Origin: an uncultured Arenicella sp.
GTDB lineage: Bacteria; Pseudomonadota; Gammaproteobacteria; Arenicellales; Arenicellaceae
Length of the DNA stretch: 64,000 nt
Assembly (NCBI GenBank): GCA_938048185.1
Contig: CALIVT010000011.1
Location: 42,882-106,881, forward strand
Direction of reading: 5' to 3'
Shown: positions 29,108 to 39,041 of the stretch, one piece after another
Numbering within the stretch: the first letter of the stretch is position 1
Layout: each line of letters begins with the position of its first letter
Notes under the pieces: model-generated
Seen by the model: the letters and a program-made list of their open reading frames with translations, nothing else
What the model was told of the DNA's origin: nothing
The model's database searches: none
Position numbers and translations under genes: made by a program

Positions 29108-30660
29108 TGACTATTAAAGTATTTATACCGCAAGACTCAAGCGCGATTTCGGTAGGCGCGAATCAGGTCGCGGCGAAGCTCAGTGAACAGACTGGCATTG
29201 ACCTTATTCGTAATGGCTCACGTGGTTTGTTTTGGCTGGAGCCCATGATCGAAATTGAAACCGACGCAGGGCGAGTCGCCTATGGCCCGGTGACTGTGAA
29301 CGATATTGAACCGCTGCTAGAGCAAGGTTTGTTAGCAGGCGAACAACGACACCCATTATGCCTCGGACTGACAGAAGAAATTCCGTTTTTGAAAAATCAG
29401 CAACGCCTGACCTTCGAACGCGCGGGTGTTATCGACCCTGCAAGTTTAGACGACTATAAAGCGCACTCGGGTTACCAAGGTTTAGAGCGCGCGCTCACCA
29501 TGAGTAGCCAAGCCTGTGTGGATGAAGTCAAAGGATCTGGCTTGCGTGGCCGAGGTGGTGCAGCCTTTCCAACCGGCATTAAGTGGCAGACCGTACACGA
29601 CGTACCGGGCGAGAAAAAATACATCGTTTGTAATGCCGATGAAGGCGACTCGGGCACCTTCGCTGACCGTCTACAAATGGAAGCCGACCCATTCGGTTTG
29701 ATCGAGGGCATGACCATTGCCGCCATCGCCGTGGGCGCGGACCAGGGTTACATCTACCTACGTGAAGAATACCCGCACGCTCATGCCATGTTAAACAATG
29801 CAATTGACTCAGCAATAGCGGCTAACTTACTCGGCGAGAATATTTTAGACAGTGGCAAAACCTTTAACCTAGAAGTACGACTCGGCGCTAAGTCTTATAT
29901 CTGTGGCGAGGAAACCGCGCTATTAGAGAGCCTAGAAGGCAAACGCGGTGTGGTGCGCGCTAAACCGCCGCTACCAGCAATAGAAGGCTTATTTGGCAAA
30001 CCCACCGTGGTGAACAACGTTCTATCGTTGTCGACCATTCCGACTATTTTTGCCAAAGGCGCTGAATACTACGCCAGCTTTGGAATGGGCCGTTCACGCG
30101 GCACCATGCCGTTTCAGCTAGCAGGCAATCTTAAGCAAACAGGTTTAGTAGAGTTGGCATTTGGCATTACTTTGAATGGCTTACTAAACGACTTTGGTGG
30201 CGGCTCAGCCACCGATAAACCATTACGCGCAGTGCAATGCGGTGGCCCCTTGGGGACGTATTTACCAGAATCGCAATGGGGTATCCAAATGGATTACGAA
30301 GCGCTTGCTGGCATCGGCGGCGTTTTAGGCCATGGAGGTGTGGTCGCCTTTGACACCAGCGTCGACATGTCAGAGCAAGCCAGTTTTTCAATGGAATTTT
30401 GCGCTGAAGAATCTTGCGGCAAGTGCACGCCCTGCCGAGTCGGCGCAATACGCGGCGTAGAGACCATCGAAAAAGTTCGCAACGATGATGACCGCGACGC
30501 CAACCTCGTACTATTAAATAGCCTTTGCAACACGATGGAGTCTGGGTCCTTGTGTGCCATGGGCGGCATGACCCCATTTCCAGTCAAGAGTGCGTTAGAG
30601 CACTTCTCGGAAGACTTCTATCAACCAGCCGGCAGCACTAAATCAGGTGAGCAATCATGA
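29107..30660 (+). CDS. fdsB: NAD-dependent formate dehydrogenase beta subunit (NuoF-like)
   Basis: RNGSRGLFWLEP, SGLRGRGGAAFPTG, CNADEGDSGTF, YICGEET, ESCGKCTPCR, SLCAMG. Confidence 0.96.
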   Translation: MTIKVFIPQDSSAISVGANQVAAKLSEQTGIDLIRNGSRGLFWLEPMIEIETDAGRVAYGPVTVNDIEPLLEQGLLAGEQRHPLCLGLTEEIPFLKNQQRLTFERAGVIDPASLDDYKAHSGYQGLERALTMSSQACVDEVKGSGLRGRGGAAFPTGIKWQTVHDVPGEKKYIVCNADEGDSGTFADRLQMEADPFGLIEGMTIAAIAVGADQGYIYLREEYPHAHAMLNNAIDSAIAANLLGENILDSGKTFNLEVRLGAKSYICGEETALLESLEGKRGVVRAKPPLPAIEGLFGKPTVVNNVLSLSTIPTIFAKGAEYYASFGMGRSRGTMPFQLAGNLKQTGLVELAFGITLNGLLNDFGGGSATDKPLRAVQCGGPLGTYLPESQWGIQMDYEALAGIGGVLGHGGVVAFDTSVDMSEQASFSMEFCAEESCGKCTPCRVGAIRGVETIEKVRNDDDRDANLVLLNSLCNTMESGSLCAMGGMTPFPVKSALEHFSEDFYQPAGSTKSGEQS

Positions 30661-33557
30661 TTAGAGTAGAACACCCAAACGATCCGAATAAAGACTACGG
30701 AACGCCCTCGTCAGTATCGTTAGCCGACATTGCAGACGGCGCTTACGTAGAAACCATTACCGGTTACATCGACGGCGTCTCAGTTACTGTACCAGTCGGC
30801 ACGTCCGTTATGCGTGCGGCTGCAATTGCAGACATCAATATTCCAAAGTTGTGCGCGACCGACAGTCTTGACGCATTCGGTTCGTGCCGCCTCTGCTTAG
30901 TACAAATTGAAGGGCGCCGAGGCTCACCCGCGTCATGCACGACTCCATTTGAAGACGGCATGCGGGTGACAACGCAAAATTCTGAGTTAGCCGATTTACG
31001 TCGAGGCGTAATGGAATTGTATATCTCAGACCATCCACTCGATTGTTTAACCTGCTCAGCGAATGGTGACTGCGAACTGCAAGACATGGCCGGTGTGGTT
31101 GGCCTGCGCGAAGTACGTTACGGCTACGAGGGCGAGAACCACTTGGATGAAGTTAAAGATGAATCCAACCCCTACTTCACCTTTGACCCCAGCAAGTGTA
31201 TTACCTGTTCGCGCTGCGTGCGTGCCTGCGAAGAAACTCAAGGCACTTTCGCGCTTACTATTGAGAACCGCGGTTTTAAGTCGAAGGTCAGCGCTGGGCA
31301 ATCACAAGACTTCATCGACTCTGAATGCGTAAGCTGCGGCGCCTGTGTGCAGGCATGCCCGACCGCGACCTTAAGTGAGAAATCGATTATCGAAGCAGGT
31401 CAGCCGGAACATTCTAAGGTTACTACCTGCGCTTACTGTGGCGTTGGTTGTGCCTTCAAAGCGGAAATGAAAGGCGAAGAATTGGTGCGCATGACCCCTT
31501 ACAAAAACGGCGAAGCCAACCGCGGACATTCATGTGTGAAAGGCCGTTTTGCATTTGGTTACGCCACCCACAAAGAACGCATCACGACGCCGATGATTCG
31601 CGACACCATCAACGATCAATGGCAACCCGTCTCTTGGGAAGAGGCCTTTGAGTTTGCGGCTGAGAAACTAAAAGCGATTCAAACTCAGTACGGCCGTAAA
31701 TCAATTGGTGGTATCTCATCGTCCCGCTGCACCAATGAAGAAGTCTATTTAGTACAAAAAATGGTGCGCGCTGGGTTCGGTAATAACAATGTCGATACGT
31801 GTGCCCGTGTTTGTCACTCGCCGACGGGTTATGGTTTAAAGCAAACCTTGGGCGAATCTGCTGGCACTCAAAATTTTGACTCAGTCGAAGACTGCGATAT
31901 CGCGATGGTGATGGGAGCGAACCCCACCGATGCACACCCCGTATTCGGCTCGCGTTTAAAGAAACGTTTACGCGAGGGCGCCAAACTAATCGTTGTAGAC
32001 CCGCGCAGAATTGATCTAGTCAAGAGTCCACATATTAATGCCGAGCACCACCTTAAGTTATTGCCCGGCACTAACGTAGCGTTTATTAACACCATGGCAC
32101 ACGTCATTGTGCGTGATAAATTATTTGACGAAGACTTTGTGAACCAGCGTTGCGAAGAAGACGCTTTCAAAGAGTGGCTAGCGTTTATTAGCGACGACAA
32201 GCATTCACCAGAAAATAGCGAGGCGATTACGGGCATTCCCGCCGCAGACATCACCGCCGCCGCACGCCTTTATGCGACGGGGGGAAATGCCGCTATTTAT
32301 TACGGCTTAGGCGTAACTGAACACAGCCAAGGTTCGACTACAGTGATGGGCATTGCTAATCTAGCCATGCTTACTGGCAACATTGGCCGGCGCGGCGTTG
32401 GGGTTAACCCATTGCGCGGCCAGAACAATGTGCAAGGGTCTTGTGATATGGGTTCCTTTCCACATGAACTACCTGGCTATCGCTCAGTTGCAGATGACGA
32501 AGTACGCGCTACCTTCGAAAGCGCGTGGGGTTTAAATCTGGATAACGAACCCGGTTATCGCATCAACAATATGTTGGATGCGGCGGTTGCAGGTCAATAC
32601 AAAGGGTTATACGTGCAAGGCGAAGACATTGCGCAATCAGACCCGAACACCAAACACGTTGAAGCAGCGTTAATGAATTTAGATTGCTTGATCGTACAAG
32701 ACTTGTTTCTGAATGAAACGGCGAAGTTCGCCACCGTATTCTTACCCGGTGCGAGCTTCCTAGAAAAGAACGGTACGTTCACTAACGCGGAGCGACGTAT
32801 CTCGCCTGTGCGCAAGGTAATGAAACCGTTGGCGGGCAAAGAAGATTGGGAAGTAACCCAAGGCTTATGTAACGCAATGGGTTTTGAAATGAACTACTCA
32901 CACCCGCGTGAGATCATGCAGGAAATCGCTAGCTTAACGCCAACCTTCACCAACGTGACTTACGAGCGGTTAGACAAAGAAGGCTCAATTCAGTGGCCAT
33001 GTAATGACGAGGCTCCGGATGGCACGCCGACCATGCACATCGAAGAGTTTGTGCGCGGCAAGGGTTTGTTTAAGGTGACTGAGTACGTACCGACCGATGA
33101 AAAAGTCACACGGCGTTTTCCAATGTTATTAACGACAGGGCGTATTTTGTCGCAATATAACGTGGGCGCGCAAACACGGCGTACCGAAAACAATGCCTGG
33201 CATGACAAAGACCTGCTTGAAATTCACCCCAGCGATGCAACCGATCGTGGAATTGTGAACGGGGACCGGGTAAAGATTCAAAGCCGCTCGGGCGAAACGC
33301 ACCTCACTGCGCATGTGACTGAACGAGTGCAGCCGTCCGTGGTTTATACAACCTTTCACCACCCTGAGAGCGGCGCCAACGTTATTACTACCGATAACTC
33401 AGATTGGGCGACAAACTGCCCCGAGTATAAAGTTACTGCGGTACAGGTCAGTAAAGTGATTGTCGCGACTGAAAACTCTCAGTGGCAACAACAGTTTGAG
33501 AGCTTTACCGAAAAACAACTAGAGTTGGCTGAGATTGAAACCGAAGAACCAGCCTAA
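30657..33557 (+). CDS. fdsA: NAD-dependent formate dehydrogenase alpha subunit (Mo-bisPGD, Cys ligand)
   Basis: IPKLCATDSL..FGSCRLC, HPLDCLTC, two 4Fe-4S motifs, CAYCGVGC, active-site DTCARVCH, PLRGQNNVQG, NCPEYK. Confidence 0.97.
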   Translation: MIRVEHPNDPNKDYGTPSSVSLADIADGAYVETITGYIDGVSVTVPVGTSVMRAAAIADINIPKLCATDSLDAFGSCRLCLVQIEGRRGSPASCTTPFEDGMRVTTQNSELADLRRGVMELYISDHPLDCLTCSANGDCELQDMAGVVGLREVRYGYEGENHLDEVKDESNPYFTFDPSKCITCSRCVRACEETQGTFALTIENRGFKSKVSAGQSQDFIDSECVSCGACVQACPTATLSEKSIIEAGQPEHSKVTTCAYCGVGCAFKAEMKGEELVRMTPYKNGEANRGHSCVKGRFAFGYATHKERITTPMIRDTINDQWQPVSWEEAFEFAAEKLKAIQTQYGRKSIGGISSSRCTNEEVYLVQKMVRAGFGNNNVDTCARVCHSPTGYGLKQTLGESAGTQNFDSVEDCDIAMVMGANPTDAHPVFGSRLKKRLREGAKLIVVDPRRIDLVKSPHINAEHHLKLLPGTNVAFINTMAHVIVRDKLFDEDFVNQRCEEDAFKEWLAFISDDKHSPENSEAITGIPAADITAAARLYATGGNAAIYYGLGVTEHSQGSTTVMGIANLAMLTGNIGRRGVGVNPLRGQNNVQGSCDMGSFPHELPGYRSVADDEVRATFESAWGLNLDNEPGYRINNMLDAAVAGQYKGLYVQGEDIAQSDPNTKHVEAALMNLDCLIVQDLFLNETAKFATVFLPGASFLEKNGTFTNAERRISPVRKVMKPLAGKEDWEVTQGLCNAMGFEMNYSHPREIMQEIASLTPTFTNVTYERLDKEGSIQWPCNDEAPDGTPTMHIEEFVRGKGLFKVTEYVPTDEKVTRRFPMLLTTGRILSQYNVGAQTRRTENNAWHDKDLLEIHPSDATDRGIVNGDRVKIQSRSGETHLTAHVTERVQPSVVYTTFHHPESGANVITTDNSDWATNCPEYKVTAVQVSKVIVATENSQWQQQFESFTEKQLELAEIETEEPA

Positions 33558-34368
33558 ATCAAAAGCGTCAGGTTCAGTCGGCGGCAACGCGATACTTGAC
33601 GGCGTTGAACAACGCTCGGTCGAGGTTCGCCACGCCGAGCATCTACAAAGCGCTGAAACCGACTTGGTGGCACAGGAAGTGCCGGTGGCCATTGCCTATA
33701 ACGGCGAAAGCCACGCGGTAATGATGGCCAGCCCAATCGATCTGCATGACTTTGCGATTGGTTTCAGCATTAGTGAGCGCATTGTTGATTCCAAAAGCGA
33801 TATTCGCGCGGTTGAGATTCGACGCGCCAGGCAAGGCATCACGCTCCAATTACAGATTAAGCCAAGCTTAATGAAGCGCCTTGACGGCAAGCGTCGTCAA
33901 CTGAGTGGCCGCTCCGGCTGTGGCGTATGCGGTATTACGGATTTGGCCGCGGCTATTCCGAGTATTACCCCTCTGCCAGACTCAACATTACCAAGCCACA
34001 CGGTGATCGATTTGGCCGTCAAATCGATGCAAGAAGTACAAGCCTTGCAACAACAATGCGGTGCAGTGCATTGCGCGGCCTTATTCTCTGCAAGCGGTGA
34101 ACTAATAGCGTGGCGCGAAGACGTAGGGCGACATAACGCCTTGGACAAGTTAATTGGCAACCAAATCGACACACTAAGCCGTGAGCAGTTCTTTGTTATG
34201 TCTAGCCGCGCCAGCCATGAATTAATTGCCAAAGTTGCGATTAGCGGTGTCGGCACCTTAGTCACCGTATCAGCGGCTACATCCTTAGCGATCGATTTGG
34301 CGGAGAAAGCAAACCTAAATTTAGTTGGCTTTGTACGTGAATCGCGTCAGATTATTTACGCGAGTTAA
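33535..34368 (+). CDS. fdhD: Formate dehydrogenase sulfurtransferase FdhD/FdsC
   Basis: EVPVAIAYNG, GRSGCGVCG, GAVHCAA, EDVGRHNALDKLIG, SSRASHELI. Start codon uncertain. Confidence 0.95.
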   Translation: MKPKNQPKSKASGSVGGNAILDGVEQRSVEVRHAEHLQSAETDLVAQEVPVAIAYNGESHAVMMASPIDLHDFAIGFSISERIVDSKSDIRAVEIRRARQGITLQLQIKPSLMKRLDGKRRQLSGRSGCGVCGITDLAAAIPSITPLPDSTLPSHTVIDLAVKSMQEVQALQQQCGAVHCAALFSASGELIAWREDVGRHNALDKLIGNQIDTLSREQFFVMSSRASHELIAKVAISGVGTLVTVSAATSLAIDLAEKANLNLVGFVRESRQIIYAS

Positions 34369-34388
34369 AAAGGTCGAATCGAGCCCAC

Positions 34389-36347
34389 TTAAAGTACCAA
34401 TTGCAAAACCGTTTTCAGCGGTTCGAGATGCTCTTCGTAATTGCGCCACTGATCCATCCCGCTGGTGTAAATTGGTTGCCGAACTTGCTCTGAACTTGGC
34501 GTTCTAACCGCTCTTTTATTTTCATGAAAATCCACACACGCCTGTTCGAAAGGCAAACCGCAGTAGTCTAAAATTCGACGCACTTGCGTTTCTAAATCTA
34601 AAATCACATCTTCATGCTGCACTCGCAAGACTCTACCAGGCAGCACGTCATCCCAGTGTTGCATGGTGTCGACATAAGCGCAGTAGTATTCACCGATGGT
34701 TTCTAAGCTATACGAAAATTCCTGGCCTTCAGCAAAAAGTTGCTTAAAACCGCTGAAGCAACAGGCCATTGGTTCACGCCGAGCATCAATTATTTTCGCG
34801 TTCGGCAACATCAAATGAATCAAGCCAATGTGTCTGAAGTTGTTGGGCATTTTATCGATAAAGAACGCCCCACCTCGCCGGTGGCTGCGGGTGTCTTCAA
34901 TGTATTGTTGGCCAAGATTTATAAACCCTTGCTCGGGCAAATCAAGCAGCACTGATGGGTATCGCGGGGTATCACCGACCAAATGCCGACCATTGAGGCG
35001 ATGCGCCATGCTGATAACGTTAGCAAGCTCCAGCGTGCCGTCGACTTGAGAATGGGACGCTAAAATTTGTTCCAGCAAGGTTGAGCCTGCGCGCGGCAAA
35101 CCAACAATAAAAATTGGGTCTTGCGCAGTGTGCCCATACGATGAACGTGCCTTAAAGAACGTCTTATCAAAATGCTGCTTTTGGATGTTTAAACCATCGT
35201 TTATCAGCGTCGCGTCATACTTTAATTCATTCGCCTTTAGCTCGTTTCCACGCCGATAATAATCGAATGATTGCGTGTATTCGCATCGGTCTTCATACGC
35301 TTTACCTAAAGCAAAACGAATTTGCACTTGGTTGATATCATCGATATCGGAGTTGTCTTCATATGACCGCATCGCCTCGATTTCAGCGTCACTGAACGAG
35401 TAGGTTTTAAGATTAGCAAGGCTCCAATAAGCGTCACCGAACCCAGGTTGCGCCTCATACGCCGCTTGATAGGCATTAATAGCGGCCGCCAGCTCGCCAG
35501 AGGTTTTCAAAGCATGCCCAAGCGCCACCTGCACCGCCGCATTGTGGGGTTGCTTGGCGATTACATTGCGGTACGATCGTGTCGCCGCTGAGTAGTCGCC
35601 CACGGCTTGTAACGCATTGCCTAAACTTACCTCAAAACTGGGATTGGGGTCGGTATCAAATAAAATTTTAGCCTGCGCCAATGCCTTATCAAATTTTTGC
35701 CGTCGCTGCAGTACCTCCACATAATCTACGCGCGCTCGCAGGTAGTTTGGTTTAAATTCTAAACACTTCTCTAGTAGAAACTCGGCGTCATCCAAAATTT
35801 TAAATTTAGTTCCAAGTTCGGCCAGTAAGCGCATAGCTTCTGGATGGTGCGGCACGCGCTTTAAGAATTGGCGGCATAAGGTCTCGGCTTTATGCAGCTT
35901 GTTTTGATGAATCAGGCTGCTAACCGACACCAGCTCCGGCGGCAAGCTTTGCAACCACTTAAATTGCCGAGACGCTTCGTCGGCTCCGGGATAGTCGGAC
36001 AGTTGAGCTAGGGCATGCCACGCGCCGTGCAGCGCAGGGTTTATTGATACGGCTTTTTCGAACGCGACAATCGCCCGCTCAGTTTGACCCAAAGCTTGAT
36101 AGTTATATGCGGTTTCTTGTAAAGCATGAGTATGCATTGGGTCTATGCCTTGCAAACGTGTCAAAACCTTTAACGCAGACTTATGGTCACCCAGCTTACG
36201 TTCGCACACCGCCAGTAAGTAGAGTGCCTCTACGTGTTCGTTCGATTGATCGAGCAGTTCAGTAACTAAGACGCGCGCGGCCGCGAATTCACCACTACGA
36301 ATGTGTGCTTTTGCGTTCGCTACTTTAATGTTTAACTCGTTAGTCAA
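34389..36347 (-). CDS. TPR-repeat protein fused to a PAPS-dependent sulfotransferase domain
   Basis: N-terminal TPR-like helical repeats; 5'-PSB motif IVGLPRAGSTLLEQIL; FIDKMPNNF; RREPMACCFS; RTPSSEQVRQPIY. Confidence 0.92.
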   Translation of the reverse strand: MTNELNIKVANAKAHIRSGEFAAARVLVTELLDQSNEHVEALYLLAVCERKLGDHKSALKVLTRLQGIDPMHTHALQETAYNYQALGQTERAIVAFEKAVSINPALHGAWHALAQLSDYPGADEASRQFKWLQSLPPELVSVSSLIHQNKLHKAETLCRQFLKRVPHHPEAMRLLAELGTKFKILDDAEFLLEKCLEFKPNYLRARVDYVEVLQRRQKFDKALAQAKILFDTDPNPSFEVSLGNALQAVGDYSAATRSYRNVIAKQPHNAAVQVALGHALKTSGELAAAINAYQAAYEAQPGFGDAYWSLANLKTYSFSDAEIEAMRSYEDNSDIDDINQVQIRFALGKAYEDRCEYTQSFDYYRRGNELKANELKYDATLINDGLNIQKQHFDKTFFKARSSYGHTAQDPIFIVGLPRAGSTLLEQILASHSQVDGTLELANVISMAHRLNGRHLVGDTPRYPSVLLDLPEQGFINLGQQYIEDTRSHRRGGAFFIDKMPNNFRHIGLIHLMLPNAKIIDARREPMACCFSGFKQLFAEGQEFSYSLETIGEYYCAYVDTMQHWDDVLPGRVLRVQHEDVILDLETQVRRILDYCGLPFEQACVDFHENKRAVRTPSSEQVRQPIYTSGMDQWRNYEEHLEPLKTVLQLVL

Positions 36348-36395
36348 TTTAAAACGTCGATCGAATTTACGATAAGGCGTCTGGTTTTATAGCAT

Positions 36396-36426
36396 AAAAA
36401 AGAGGCGGCATCTTAGATGCCGCCTC
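36396..36426 (-). terminator. Intrinsic terminator downstream of the TonB-dependent receptor
   Basis: Perfect 11-bp stem GAGGCGGCATC-NNN-GATGCCGCCTC followed by T6 on the minus strand. Confidence 0.9.
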
Positions 36427-36457
36427 GGATCAATCTGCCATCACTCTCGCGCTTCGC

Positions 36458-38875
36458 CTAGTAGTCGTAACTCACTCTAATGCCAATGGTTCGCGGCCGA
36501 ATCGGGTTAATTCGAAAGATCAAGTCGGGGGCGCCTATGTCTAACTGACCGCGTTCATCGCTTAAATTATCGACGTACAAGCTGCCATTCCAATTGCCCA
36601 TTCTCGCGCCAATAGACGCATCGACTTGCGTATAACTATCTAATGGAAAACGCGCGATTTCAACCAAGCTTGAAAATCGATCATCCGTATATTTAACCAC
36701 CGTTTGAGCGTAGCCGGAAAAGCCTGCAAACTCCTGCTCATAGCGCGCGCCCAGGGTCCATTGCGTCTCGGGTGCGAACGGTAACTCCGACCCTGCGGGG
36801 CTAATATTAGTAATGGTCGGCGGCAACTCAACTAGCTCGGAGTCAATGTAACTAAACGAGCCAAAGACACTTAAAGCGTCGGTTGGCGCCCACGTCAAAT
36901 CCAGCTCTAGACCTTGCACCTCAGCGTCACCAACGTTGTCGAAAAACGACGAATTATCGATTGAAAAATCGAGAACACCTTGCTGTAAATCAGTAAAGTC
37001 GGTGTAATACACCGCGCCATTAAGACGCACGGTGTTATCGGCAAATTGGGTCTTCCAACCAAGTTCATAACTGTTTACGTTATCACTCTCAAAAAAGAAC
37101 GGAATGTTAACTGCGCCACTGCCGCCGCCGCCATTGCGATTAAAACCGCCCGAACGGAAACCTTCTGAATACGTGGCGTACAACAACACATCATCGCTTG
37201 CATTCCAGCTCACGTTTAGTTTGAAAATGGTATCCGATAACTCCGTGGGTGTTTGCCCAGCAAGAATTTGATCGACGTTATTTCCAAACGGACCGGGTGT
37301 GCGAAAGTTAAAGCTAGATTGCCCGCGCAAACCTATATCAATGCTGTATCTGCGCGCGCCAAGCGTCGCGGTTACGGTATCGGATACTTTATAAGCGAGT
37401 GAGCCAAAGAACGACAACTCTTCGCGATCACTTAAGAAATCATTGAAGAATGTAACACCCGGGGCACGCACATTGGGGTCCGACGCAAAGGCATCAGGGA
37501 TTGGTAAGTTTGGTTGAAAACCGACTAGGGTCGAGGCTGGGTAGGTAAAGTCACTGCGTTCAATAGTTTGCTGATCGTCATAATAAACACCCCCAATAAA
37601 ACTTAGCTGCCGATCACTGTCGGTAGCAATTCGAACCTCGTGTACCGAACGCTCAGTCTCGAAGAACGAGGCCGTGAACAACGCCGGGCTTCCGCAGCTA
37701 TCGTACCCTGGGGTACAAATATAATACGGGATAAACGGCCCATTATTCGCGTACCCGGTGTAGTCAGTTTGGCCTTCGAACGTGCGCTCGGTATAGGAAC
37801 CGTTATAGACTAAATCTAGATCGCCTAGCGCACCGTTTACCGTGAGTGACACCAAATCTACCTCGTCTTCACCGAAATCACGTGTAAAGGTTTGCACATT
37901 TAGCTCATCACCGGGGCTAACGTCAGGTTCGAAATCAAAAATACCTTCGGTATCTAAGCTTTGACTTACAACTTGAAGTGTCGCATCCCAGTTGTCATTA
38001 ATTTGGCCTTTGATACTTGCTCTAAAACCGGTGTATTCAGCGTCGTTGAAGTCATCTTCAACAAGCGCCGAGTTTTCTGCGGTGGCTCGAGTGCTGGGCA
38101 CCGTACCACCAAAACCTGGATTACTTAATGGAATTTGACGAGTAGCGGCGATGTTGTCAATGTAGCCACCTTGATCCGAATTATAGACGGCGATGCGCGC
38201 GGCAAGCTTATCATCCACTAAGGGGAAATTGACGTAGCCTTCTACGCTTAAACTGCCTTCACCACCCGAAGTATCAGAGACATCAACCGTGACACCGACG
38301 CTAAATTCGTTGAACTCAGGTTTATTGCTTATAAGGCGTAAGGTGCCTGCCTGCGAACTCGCACCGAACAAGGTGCCCTGAGGGCCTTTAAGAACCTCGA
38401 TACGCCCTAGATCGGTGGCATACAAGTCTATATTACGGCCTGCATACGAAATTGGCGTTTCATCCAGATAGGTCGCGACGCTGGGTTCAGACCCTAGGCT
38501 CGCGATTCTCACGGCCGTTCGACCAGGAGAGATGCCACGAATGAATACCTCTTGCTTACCGGGCCCCTGGCCCGAGGCATTTACGCCGGGTATCAACCCG
38601 ACATAATCATTGAAGCTGTCGATTCGCAACTCATCGAGTTTAGTCTCACTAATCGCTTGTAGGGCGATAGCAACATCTTGAGAGCTTTCTGAGCGCCGTG
38701 ACGCGGTAACCACAATTTCTTCTAGGCCAACGTCTTGGTCTGAATTTTCTTGTGCACTGGCACCAAGCGGAGTCGCAATCGCTAACGCGAGGATTGAGGC
38801 ACTTACCTCGCGGGCAATTCTTGAACGTCGAGGCGCATTAATAGCACTTGGGGAAATATCATTTAGCATCATCAA
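36458..38875 (-). CDS. TonB-dependent receptor
   Basis: Signal peptide, LEEIVVTASRR TonB box, RIEVLKGPQGTLFGASS plug motif, C-terminal RTIGIRVSYDY. Confidence 0.96.
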   Translation of the reverse strand: MMMLNDISPSAINAPRRSRIAREVSASILALAIATPLGASAQENSDQDVGLEEIVVTASRRSESSQDVAIALQAISETKLDELRIDSFNDYVGLIPGVNASGQGPGKQEVFIRGISPGRTAVRIASLGSEPSVATYLDETPISYAGRNIDLYATDLGRIEVLKGPQGTLFGASSQAGTLRLISNKPEFNEFSVGVTVDVSDTSGGEGSLSVEGYVNFPLVDDKLAARIAVYNSDQGGYIDNIAATRQIPLSNPGFGGTVPSTRATAENSALVEDDFNDAEYTGFRASIKGQINDNWDATLQVVSQSLDTEGIFDFEPDVSPGDELNVQTFTRDFGEDEVDLVSLTVNGALGDLDLVYNGSYTERTFEGQTDYTGYANNGPFIPYYICTPGYDSCGSPALFTASFFETERSVHEVRIATDSDRQLSFIGGVYYDDQQTIERSDFTYPASTLVGFQPNLPIPDAFASDPNVRAPGVTFFNDFLSDREELSFFGSLAYKVSDTVTATLGARRYSIDIGLRGQSSFNFRTPGPFGNNVDQILAGQTPTELSDTIFKLNVSWNASDDVLLYATYSEGFRSGGFNRNGGGGSGAVNIPFFFESDNVNSYELGWKTQFADNTVRLNGAVYYTDFTDLQQGVLDFSIDNSSFFDNVGDAEVQGLELDLTWAPTDALSVFGSFSYIDSELVELPPTITNISPAGSELPFAPETQWTLGARYEQEFAGFSGYAQTVVKYTDDRFSSLVEIARFPLDSYTQVDASIGARMGNWNGSLYVDNLSDERGQLDIGAPDLIFRINPIRPRTIGIRVSYDY

Positions 38876-39041
38876 AACTCTCTATTTAGTTGTGCGGCAA
38901 AGCCTACCATGCCAGTTATTACAACTTTATGAAAGTGAGAGAATGATTTTGAGACGTAAAGTCCCATTTTAGGGCCGCAAGAGATCGTCATAGTAATAGT
39001 GTATAAATAGGGACTAACCACAATAAAACGAAACTAAGCTT

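Noticed and set aside
30657-33557. Selenocysteine in FdsA
   Set aside because: The active site reads DTCARVCH with a Cys codon, and there is no in-frame TGA.
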